Positions 29,301 through 36,771 of a DNA stretch of 49,954 bases are shown here, in pieces. How positions within the stretch are numbered: the first letter of the stretch is position 1; every line of letters begins with the position of its first letter. The notes under the pieces are model-generated. The model was not told the origin of the DNA, made no database searches, and saw only the letters and a program-made list of their open reading frames with translations. The stretch comes from Bacilli bacterium (GTDB lineage Bacteria; Bacillota_I; Bacilli_A; RF39; UBA660), in the NCBI GenBank assembly GCA_028684255.1, contig JAQUGJ010000001.1, positions 1-49,954 on the forward strand. The letters are read 5' to 3'. Made by a program: the position numbers and the translations under genes.

Positions 29301-29648
29301 TTAAACACCATTTACAAAGATATCAAAGCATGATCCAGCACCAGTCGCAACATCAGTACCACCAACCATACCTACAACTAATTTAACTACAACAACTACA
29401 AAGAATACTAGTGCTGCTGCGATTAAACGTTTAACAAATGTTTGTTGTCCTTTTTTAATTTCATCTTCTTTTTGTGCCATAACTGCTTTACCTAAATCAA
29501 GCATTCCCCAAATTATAAGTAAAACTGGAACAGCAAATTGAATTACCGAAATAACTGTCGCAACTAAATTAGGGATTTTGTCATCTACAGTAATTGTATT
29601 ACTCCCACCTAATGTACAAGTTACTAAACTATTCACTAAATCTAACAT
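29301..29648 (-). CDS. VirB2/TrbC-like pilin-type small membrane protein
   Basis: 115 aa; two TM helices flank a basic loop (KAVMAQKEDEIKKGQQTFVKR). One Cys before TM1 and one after TM2. Strong RBS AAGGAGGAAG. Confidence 0.5.
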   Translation of the reverse strand: MLDLVNSLVTCTLGGSNTITVDDKIPNLVATVISVIQFAVPVLLIIWGMLDLGKAVMAQKEDEIKKGQQTFVKRLIAAALVFFVVVVVKLVVGMVGGTDVATGAGSCFDIFVNGV

Positions 29649-29675
29649 ATTTTCTTCCTCCTTAAATCTAATTAT

Positions 29676-29704
29676 ATATTACCTTATTTTTTTTGATTTT
29701 GCAA
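29676..29704 (-). promoter_or_regulatory. putative sigma-A promoter for the 115-aa VirB2-like gene
   Basis: Minus strand TTGCAA (29699-29704), 17-nt spacer, TAATAT (29676-29681). Confidence 0.4.
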
Positions 29705-29724
29705 TACCTTTTTACACTTATTTG

Positions 29725-30753
29725 TCAAAATATACCAAGTATCTTGCTTTTTTTGCTTTTTTCTTCACTAGGATCTTGTCTATGAAACCCTAAAGAAAAT
29801 AGAAATTGGTTCATTGCAAACGATTCTTTATCTCTATCATTTAAAGGTGGCAAATTATATAGTACCTTTAATTTTGATTCATATTCAAACTCTAAAACAT
29901 CTTTTGAGGCTAATAAACTTTGGTTCAAAATGACTTTTTCTTTAGAAATTCTCTGTAACAAAGTTGGATTAACGAGCATTAATCTATTTAGTTTGATAAT
30001 AGATGGTTCTATTAAATATATATATTCACCAATAAATGGATCTGCTGAAATTGAATCATTAACATCAATTATAATTATTTCAACATCTTTATACATATTT
30101 ATAAAATTACCTATTTCATTACTTGCAATACTTTTTAATTCGTTATCTCTAAAGAAAGCAAAATCTCTTTTATCTAATTCAACAGCTATAACTGAATAAT
30201 TTTTAGATAATTCTTTTTTCATCATATATGCTAAAGTAGTTGCCCCAGCATGTTGAGTAGCGTTTTTTATTCCTAAAACCCTTGTTTCTACTTTGGGTTG
30301 AAACGATTCTTTTGTTTCAGATTTTTTGATTACTTTTTTAGTAGTTTCTGTTTCGCTTTCTACTACCACTGGTTCTAATTGTTGAATATGTGCTACATCA
30401 CGATATGAATTAGGATTGTTATATAGATACATTAATCCTTCCATATTAGTTGTAAAGTTATAGATTCCCATTGAAATAAGTTTTGTTAAATATTCGCTCG
30501 AAGTATTTTCTACTGTATCATCAAGGAGCAAAATAACTTTATCCATATCCAAAGCCATTGATAATTTTTGTAAATTTTTTATATCAGTATAATTTTTAAT
30601 AGCGGTTAAATCTAAAATCATACGTTGAAAAAAGAAGTTTTGAAAATTGGAAATAATTTCATCGACATCAAATTCACCATACTTTGTCTTCATTACTTCA
30701 ATTTCAAGGCCAGTTAACATCGCCTGATATTTATTTGCAATTATAACATTCAT
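29725..30753 (-). CDS. TadZ/CpaE-like protein: receiver-like N-domain plus ParA/MinD-fold domain with degenerate Walker A
   Basis: VLGIKNATQHAGATTLAYMM occupies the place of the deviant Walker A xKGGxGK[ST]T. IIIIDVN is Walker B-like. Location is within the pilus genes. Confidence 0.5.
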   Translation of the reverse strand: MNVIIANKYQAMLTGLEIEVMKTKYGEFDVDEIISNFQNFFFQRMILDLTAIKNYTDIKNLQKLSMALDMDKVILLLDDTVENTSSEYLTKLISMGIYNFTTNMEGLMYLYNNPNSYRDVAHIQQLEPVVVESETETTKKVIKKSETKESFQPKVETRVLGIKNATQHAGATTLAYMMKKELSKNYSVIAVELDKRDFAFFRDNELKSIASNEIGNFINMYKDVEIIIIDVNDSISADPFIGEYIYLIEPSIIKLNRLMLVNPTLLQRISKEKVILNQSLLASKDVLEFEYESKLKVLYNLPPLNDRDKESFAMNQFLFSLGFHRQDPSEEKSKKSKILGIF

Positions 30754-30765
30754 TAAATTACCTCC

Positions 30766-31182
30766 TTATAGTTCGTATATGATTTTTGTTTCACCTTCGA
30801 CAGGTATTTGAATTAAAGACTGAATTATTGGAAAATTATAGGTCATATAAACCGTAACAGAATAATAATATCCTCTTCCAGTAGTATATTGATATACACA
30901 ATAAGCGTAATTTGTCCCTGAATAGGTTTCGCTTGCTTTAGCTTTATTATTACATCTTTTGCCAGCTCTATTTGTTGCATATCCGATTGTTTTATAATAA
31001 GCATCAATCTCTATTTTAGCAGCATTTGTGAACCCTTCATGTTTTTCAATAATATCAATTACTTTATTTTTTGTTTTAAAAGCTCTTGAATATCCAAAAA
31101 AACCTATCATTAAGAAGCCTATAACTGCAAGAAAAACCAATATAATATTAATAACAAAAGTTGTTCCTATTGATTCCTTCAC
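30766..31182 (-). CDS. putative minor pilin / pseudopilin (paralog B)
   Basis: GTG start with GGGAG RBS. N-terminus MKESIG plus a 22-aa hydrophobic helix. Clear paralogy with 31187..31615. Confidence 0.55.
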   Translation of the reverse strand: MKESIGTTFVINIILVFLAVIGFLMIGFFGYSRAFKTKNKVIDIIEKHEGFTNAAKIEIDAYYKTIGYATNRAGKRCNNKAKASETYSGTNYAYCVYQYTTGRGYYYSVTVYMTYNFPIIQSLIQIPVEGETKIIYEL

Positions 31183-31186
31183 TGCA

Positions 31187-31615
31187 TCACTCCCTAAACC
31201 TATATATATTATCTGTTTTTGAAAATATCGGTATTTTGACTAATTGTCCTATAAGCGGAAATTCCCAGGAAATATACGTCATAACACCATATGTATCGTG
31301 ATATTCAGAAAAATCTTTTTCATATCGATATATACAATATCCTTGATTGTTATCGTTAACCAAAACACCTTCTCCTTGATTAACTGCACATCTATTACCT
31401 TTAGTAACATTATATCCAATATTTCTAACAAGAAGATTAATTTCTGCGGTTGCATTAGGAGTATATCCTTCATATTTTTCTAATATCACAATGATACTAC
31501 TATTGACTTTGTAAGCACGATAGTAACTTATTATTGCACCTAAAAAAGCAAATATAATAACAATAAAAATTATTATAACATTATACAACATTACATTACC
31601 AACACTTTCCCTCAT
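31187..31615 (-). CDS. putative minor pilin / pseudopilin (paralog A)
   Basis: N-terminus MRESVG plus hydrophobic helix. Conserved positions shared with paralog B: Y.RA.K, EK.EG.T, GY, RC, YC.Y.Y, FP.I..L..IP, IY. Confidence 0.55.
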   Translation of the reverse strand: MRESVGNVMLYNVIIIFIVIIFAFLGAIISYYRAYKVNSSIIVILEKYEGYTPNATAEINLLVRNIGYNVTKGNRCAVNQGEGVLVNDNNQGYCIYRYEKDFSEYHDTYGVMTYISWEFPLIGQLVKIPIFSKTDNIYRFRE

Positions 31616-31636
31616 TTTAACACCTCGTCAATAGAT

Positions 31637-31660
31637 AGAAAACCTATTCCAAAGAATAGA
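31637..31660 (-). terminator. weak stem-loop / partial terminator after the pilin gene
   Basis: Minus strand TCTATTC-TTTG-GAATAGG followed by TTTTCT, starting 3-4 nt after the stop. AT-rich 6-7-bp stem, so possibly only an attenuator or stabiliser. Confidence 0.3.
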
Positions 31661-31662
31661 TT

Positions 31663-31893
31663 TTAATTTTCTAAATCACCAATACAGTCGTTATATGTAC
31701 TTGCATCATACGTTCCTGATGTTGTTTGATTACATCTTCCGTTTCTCCACTCACCACCGGCTTGTGAACAACAAGATTTTTTACCAGTTGTTGCCATCAT
31801 ATTTGTAATAAGTGGAGTGGCAATAGCAGCAACGATTGCTATTAAAACGATCGCTATAACTGTTAAATTTGCTTCACCAGCTGCTTCTTTCAT
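31663..31893 (-). CDS. small (76 aa) Flp/type IV-like pilin candidate, cysteine-rich
   Basis: MKEAAGEANLTVIAIVLIAIVAAIATPLITNMM hydrophobic N-terminus followed by a 40-aa polar head with 4 Cys. Lies directly after TadC, with its own promoter and a GAGGTGG RBS. Confidence 0.6.
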   Translation of the reverse strand: MKEAAGEANLTVIAIVLIAIVAAIATPLITNMMATTGKKSCCSQAGGEWRNGRCNQTTSGTYDASTYNDCIGDLEN

Positions 31894-31916
31894 TTTATCA
31901 CCACCTCATCATTTTT

Positions 31917-31946
31917 ATTATATCACATAAAAATTGTCTCATTCAA
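31917..31946 (-). promoter_or_regulatory. strong sigma-A-type promoter for the pilin gene
   Basis: Minus strand TTGAAT (31941-31946), 18-nt spacer, TATAAT (31917-31922), with extended -10 TG (TGaTATAAT). Confidence 0.55.
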
Positions 31947-31965
31947 GTTTTAAATATCGTGTTTA

Positions 31966-32754
31966 CTATATTCCCATGATTGTAAGCATCGAAATAAGTA
32001 ATAATACTATTATCCCACCACCAGTAGATGCTAACATGATCATTGTTTGCCTTTCCATTCGATCCAATCTGTCAGAATACCTTTGCTCTCTAGCTTTATT
32101 TTGTAAAGTAGAAACATTTTTAGAAAACATTACGATTTGTTCGTGTTTGTTTTCTTGCGATCCGATTCCTAATCTATATAACAATCTCATCATACGCATT
32201 GAATCTCTTACCGGGTATTCCTTTGCAAATTCCATATATGGTTCTACAGTTGAATCTCCAGAATCAATACGTGATACTAATCTTCTTAGACCGGGTCTAA
32301 ATATCTCTGGTGCGGTATCAATTGATCTTGATAACGCAACCGGAACAGTATAATGTTGAATTAATATTTCAAGACTTTTTAAAAAATGCGGTAACATTAA
32401 GTTTATTTTATATAAATTTACACGATAATAGCTTTTTAATTTAGTATATTGCAATTTAAATGTTACAAAACCTGCCGCTAGGGCTCCTATTAATACTAAA
32501 AAACTATATTGACTCATAAAGATAAATAAAACTGCAAAAATCGTAATTATTCCTGTTTGAACTCTCTTACTAAACAATTTTACTACATCTACATCTTCAC
32601 CGTATCTTATAGTCAATAGAAACTTATAATCATCTTCCATTAAAAACCTTAAATATGGTTCTGTATCTGTAATGAACTTTTTAGTATCTATCTTATTATT
32701 AACTTGAAATATAAGAATTATAATAGCGGCTATTATTAAAAATGTTATTTCCAT
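31966..32754 (-). CDS. TadC-like platform protein (T2SS-F family)
   Basis: 262 aa; N-terminal TM, central TM pair, cytoplasmic helical domain (PVALSRSIDTAPEIFRPGLRRLVSRIDSGDS) and C-terminal TM. Overlaps the TadB-like stop. Confidence 0.6.
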   Translation of the reverse strand: MEITFLIIAAIIILIFQVNNKIDTKKFITDTEPYLRFLMEDDYKFLLTIRYGEDVDVVKLFSKRVQTGIITIFAVLFIFMSQYSFLVLIGALAAGFVTFKLQYTKLKSYYRVNLYKINLMLPHFLKSLEILIQHYTVPVALSRSIDTAPEIFRPGLRRLVSRIDSGDSTVEPYMEFAKEYPVRDSMRMMRLLYRLGIGSQENKHEQIVMFSKNVSTLQNKAREQRYSDRLDRMERQTMIMLASTGGGIIVLLLISMLTIMGI

Positions 32755-33659
32755 TATTCAGCCCCCACATCTTCATTATAATATTTTTCGCCATTTAACA
32801 AGAAATATGTGTTAACTGCTATGATAAAATGCAAGAAGACTTGAATTTTCCAATCTGTTAACATTTCAATGTATTTTTCTACTCCAACTAATATTTGGAT
32901 TCCAAATACCATTAAATATAAAATGAATCCGAATTGTACGAATTTCTTATGAAAAGTGGCACGATCCATTCTGTCTCTATAAACACTTTCAACCAACATA
33001 TCGATGTCTAACGACATATTTTCTAATGCATCACTTGAATCTTTAGAACCTTCATTAGTAATTTGCAAAAATAATTGATGCATGTTTTTAACAATATAAT
33101 AATCATATTTTGCATTCATATAGTCTAACGATTGAGTAATTGTCCCGTTTTCATAAGCCATATCGATCATTACTTGAACATCTTGTTTAACAGGATCTTC
33201 TAAAACTCCTGACTCATAAACACCTTCTAGAGCTTTTACAAACGATTGTGTCGTTGCAAATTCCATTATTGTATTTGTTGTATATACTTGAATTTGTTCA
33301 AATATATATTCACTATATAATCTTTTACATCTTAAATAAGTAAGATAAGGAATAGTTGCTACTGCTAAAAAAGCATATATTATTGAAATAATCAAATTAT
33401 AAAAATAAAAATATGATATTACACCTGCAACTCCTGCAAATAAAACAACTTGTATAACATATTGTCTTGGTGTATATTCTTGGCCTAAATCTTTTACTTT
33501 TTGTCTTATCATTTTAAATGAATAAGAAGCATATCTATCATAAAAACCACCAACCTGATTTATTATAAATTTGTATGTGTTTTCAGTTGATACGTTACGA
33601 TAAAAAACAACAAATAAAAGTATTCCAGCAATTATTGCAAAAATTATTCCTGTAGGCAT
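32754..33659 (-). CDS. TadB-like platform protein (T2SS-F family)
   Basis: 301 aa; same TM/helical-domain layout as TadC-like; directly downstream of the CpaF-like ATPase. Confidence 0.55.
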   Translation of the reverse strand: MPTGIIFAIIAGILLFVVFYRNVSTENTYKFIINQVGGFYDRYASYSFKMIRQKVKDLGQEYTPRQYVIQVVLFAGVAGVISYFYFYNLIISIIYAFLAVATIPYLTYLRCKRLYSEYIFEQIQVYTTNTIMEFATTQSFVKALEGVYESGVLEDPVKQDVQVMIDMAYENGTITQSLDYMNAKYDYYIVKNMHQLFLQITNEGSKDSSDALENMSLDIDMLVESVYRDRMDRATFHKKFVQFGFILYLMVFGIQILVGVEKYIEMLTDWKIQVFLHFIIAVNTYFLLNGEKYYNEDVGAE

Positions 33660-33674
33660 TTTTCATCCTCCTTA

Positions 33675-34823
33675 CTATATTTCTAATGTCTCAATCTTCT
33701 CATCTTCAACTGGTACTTGTGAGTTATTAAACTCTTTTAATATTTCACTATTTTCAGACTTGTTTTGTGATAAATCTATTGCATCCTTAGATAAAATTAC
33801 ACCTTGTCCTTCTAAATATTCTAATAAATATCGACTAGGTTCTTTTCTTACCACGTTACCTGTACTTGTCTTTTTATAAATAGTATTATATACTGCTTCA
33901 TTTTCTTCAGTAACATAAAACTCCGTTACTTCAGCAATTTCACGATGAAATCTACCTGTATTTTTATCTTGATATCCTCTTACATATACTCCTAATTGAA
34001 CATATCGATAAATTGATTTTAAGAATTGATCAATTTCTTGATTTGTTTCTAACAAACTATACATACGATTAGGTATCGAAGAAGCTTTGTCAGCATGGAT
34101 TGTCGATAATATGTAGTGTCCTGATGAAATAGAGTTACGAACAGCCATTACTGCTTCAGCACTACGAACTTCGGATAATAATATCCATTTAGGATTCTGT
34201 CTCATACATGTTACTAATACATCACTATACGAGGCAATATTATTTGTCTTCATTGTGACAATATCTCTAGTTGGATATATTTTATCCAAGTGAAGTTCTA
34301 GAGTATCTTCAATAGTTATAATTTTTTCATTTTCTTTGATTTTTGACGCTAAATATTTAACAAATTCTGTTTTACCAGAACCGGTTTCGCCACAAACTAT
34401 AATATTACAATGTCCTTTAACGCACTGTACTAAAAAATCATGAACATCTAGAGTAATATAATTTTCTTCAATAATTTTTTCTTTTTGAAGTCTTATTTTT
34501 GCTGGTGTCTTACGGATAACAACCGCGATTCCATTTTGAGCAACAGAATCATGAACGAAATTAAGGCGCAATTCAGCACTTTCAGCATCCAGAAAGGGAT
34601 GAGCCATATTAAATGTTTTTCCCATTACGTTAGAACATTGAAACGCTAATTTTTCAATAAATATATTGTTAATCTTGGGGTTTTCTGTTCTATAAACACC
34701 TTTAGATAATGTTTTTAACCATATTTGTCCATTGTTACTATAAGAAATATCAGTTATATCGTCATTTTCCATATATTCTTTTAATGGACCAAAATCAATT
34801 TGGGAAAACATATTTCCTGTCAT
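33675..34823 (-). CDS. CpaF/TadA-type secretion ATPase (T2SS-E / VirB11 superfamily)
   Basis: Walker A CGETGSGKTE, Walker B region ILLSEVR, His box STIHAD; followed by two T2SS-F-like genes. Confidence 0.8.
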   Translation of the reverse strand: MTGNMFSQIDFGPLKEYMENDDITDISYSNNGQIWLKTLSKGVYRTENPKINNIFIEKLAFQCSNVMGKTFNMAHPFLDAESAELRLNFVHDSVAQNGIAVVIRKTPAKIRLQKEKIIEENYITLDVHDFLVQCVKGHCNIIVCGETGSGKTEFVKYLASKIKENEKIITIEDTLELHLDKIYPTRDIVTMKTNNIASYSDVLVTCMRQNPKWILLSEVRSAEAVMAVRNSISSGHYILSTIHADKASSIPNRMYSLLETNQEIDQFLKSIYRYVQLGVYVRGYQDKNTGRFHREIAEVTEFYVTEENEAVYNTIYKKTSTGNVVRKEPSRYLLEYLEGQGVILSKDAIDLSQNKSENSEILKEFNNSQVPVEDEKIETLEI

Positions 34824-34834
34824 TTTACTCCTCC

Positions 34835-35647
34835 TTAATCGTTGTTTGGTATTATTAATTCACCATTATCATTTGTTTCAGGTTCAATATTTACTGTTTG
34901 ACTTGTTATATATTGTTCTAAATATTCTAATCCTTTTTGAACACCTTCACCAGCAATCGTACCACCTTTTGGTATAATTTTTAATTCTACATTATTGATA
35001 TACGATGCTTTTAAAATTAGCATAAATATCTCTTTTGGCAAACCATAAGTGATACTAGAAGGCACACGATTTTCATCAAGATTTTCAAATACTGATTGAC
35101 CACTACTATCTTTTACAGTTAATACTTTAACGTTTTCAACTAATTTTCCTACAAAAACTTTTCCGTTTTCTTCACCCTTCATATAAATATCAATTTTATT
35201 ACCAGGATATATAGAGTTTCCATATGTTTGTTCAATGTCAACTTCCATAAAAACAGGAACTTGTCCTTCCTCTAATTCAGAGAATGCAAAATCCGGTAAA
35301 TTCTCTTTTGAAACTATAACATCTTTAAAAAACATACTTCCTTGTGGTATAACAGCGTTTACACTTGTGTATTTACCAATTATTTCTCTACTTGATAATA
35401 AAACATTAGAACTTATAGAAATAGATGGCACACTGATATAAGAAATCATTTGATTGGTGATTTCTGTTTTTGGTTGAATAGTCATAGACGCAATTGGAAT
35501 TTCAATTGGTTCAACCGCAGTTTGAACTTGTTTATTATATCCAAAATATAATAAAGAAATTATAACTACTACTCCTACTATGGTAATTGTATTTTTATTT
35601 GTGAAAAACTTTTTTAATTTAAATCCTAATCCGCTATTCATTTTCAT
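34835..35647 (-). CDS. CpaB/RcpC-like pilus assembly protein (SAF domain)
   Basis: N-terminal TM, then a SAF-like segment (IASMTIQPKTEITNQMISYISVP...IIGKYTSVNAVIPQGSMFFKDVI) and a beta-rich C-terminal domain. Confidence 0.55.
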   Translation of the reverse strand: MKMNSGLGFKLKKFFTNKNTITIVGVVVIISLLYFGYNKQVQTAVEPIEIPIASMTIQPKTEITNQMISYISVPSISISSNVLLSSREIIGKYTSVNAVIPQGSMFFKDVIVSKENLPDFAFSELEEGQVPVFMEVDIEQTYGNSIYPGNKIDIYMKGEENGKVFVGKLVENVKVLTVKDSSGQSVFENLDENRVPSSITYGLPKEIFMLILKASYINNVELKIIPKGGTIAGEGVQKGLEYLEQYITSQTVNIEPETNDNGELIIPNND

Positions 35648-35661
35648 CTTCCCTTTCTACC

Positions 35662-36063
35662 CTAATATGGCAATTCGAGTATTGCATCTGTCTTGCTCGA
35701 TAATTCAAATTCCATTATGTCATTGTTTACTGTACTCGCTGTTGTTGTTGAAATTTTAATGCTTACTTTTGGTGGATATTCATTGATATCATATATATCT
35801 AATTTGTATGTGTAAGATAAGTCCGCTTTTTCAGCAAAGCGTCTATAAAAATTTTCAGCAAACTTTTCTCTGTCGATTTTTATTATTCCACTTGTACGAT
35901 ATGCTGCTATATCAATCGAATCATACATAGCTGCACTTGTTGCTTCTTTAAGTAAATTAGTATTACTTTCCTCTGTATTTGTCAGCGATTGAAACAAAAA
36001 CACTAAAGCTATTCCCAATACGCCAACACCAACAATAAATATTCCCCACATTGACTCTTTCAT
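35662..36063 (-). CDS. putative pseudopilin-like protein
   Basis: N-terminus MKESMWG plus hydrophobic helix IFIVGVGVLGIALVFLF, then a ~100-aa globular part. Confidence 0.45.
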   Translation of the reverse strand: MKESMWGIFIVGVGVLGIALVFLFQSLTNTEESNTNLLKEATSAAMYDSIDIAAYRTSGIIKIDREKFAENFYRRFAEKADLSYTYKLDIYDINEYPPKVSIKISTTTASTVNNDIMEFELSSKTDAILELPY

Positions 36064-36078
36064 ATTACACCACTTTCA

Positions 36079-36738
36079 TTATTTGTATTTTTTATTTTCA
36101 TTTTTTCTTAATAAAAATATAAATGTCGAACAAACTACGATTATACTGATCAATACGTATAAATAATATTCATATATATATTCTAAAATCACTTCATACC
36201 AAGCTTCTTCTAAAACTACTATTTCTTTTTCTACTTCAGGAACATTCTTATACTCTTTGATTTTATTTTTAAATTCTTGGTAACTTATATTTAAAAGTTG
36301 CCATTTGTTACATAGGTAATAATCTTCTATATCATTACAAATGTCATCTTCAGAAAATCTATTATATTTTGGAAATGTAACATATGTTGTTAAAATAAGT
36401 CTCCCTTTACATGCAGGCTTATTTGAATATATTCTAAATTGATAAGCACCACCTGGCACATAATTATTTTTTTCAATTGTAATTTTATCTGTATATCGAT
36501 AATTTTCTAACTTATCGACATCATATATGTAAATGTTTGGATTTAAATTTGCAATCGTTAACTTAAATCTGACTTCTGAATTTATTCCCGATTCTACTTT
36601 ATAATAATAATCATAACTAAAATTCACATTTGATGCAATTTTCTGTAATTCTGAAAGTTCTGAAAAGCTACATTCTGCTTTTACTTTATATGGGGCTAAT
36701 ACTATAAGAATAAATATTATATATCTTATGCTTTTCAT
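36079..36738 (-). CDS. hypothetical secreted protein with C-terminal TM anchor
   Basis: Signal peptide ending KVKA/EC, four ectodomain Cys, C-terminal TM plus basic tail. Confidence 0.55.
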   Translation of the reverse strand: MKSIRYIIFILIVLAPYKVKAECSFSELSELQKIASNVNFSYDYYYKVESGINSEVRFKLTIANLNPNIYIYDVDKLENYRYTDKITIEKNNYVPGGAYQFRIYSNKPACKGRLILTTYVTFPKYNRFSEDDICNDIEDYYLCNKWQLLNISYQEFKNKIKEYKNVPEVEKEIVVLEEAWYEVILEYIYEYYLYVLISIIVVCSTFIFLLRKNENKKYK

Positions 36739-36771
36739 TTACTAACCTCCATTAACTATTTTATCATATTA

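Noticed and set aside
29725-30753. ParA-type plasmid/ICE partition ATPase, which would have been a mobility marker.
   Set aside because: The Walker A lysines are absent (GIKNATQHAGATT). There is no parB-like neighbour. The gene is embedded between pseudopilin and pilin-type genes, so TadZ-like is the better fit.
33675-34823. Alternative reading of the 382-aa ATPase as the VirB11 component of the T4SS rather than CpaF/TadA.
   Set aside because: VirB11 and CpaF belong to the same superfamily and cannot be separated by eye. However, the gene is flanked by a CpaB-like gene and two T2SS-F-like platform genes, and is 5 kb and two terminators away from the VirB4 block. The Tad assignment is therefore preferred.
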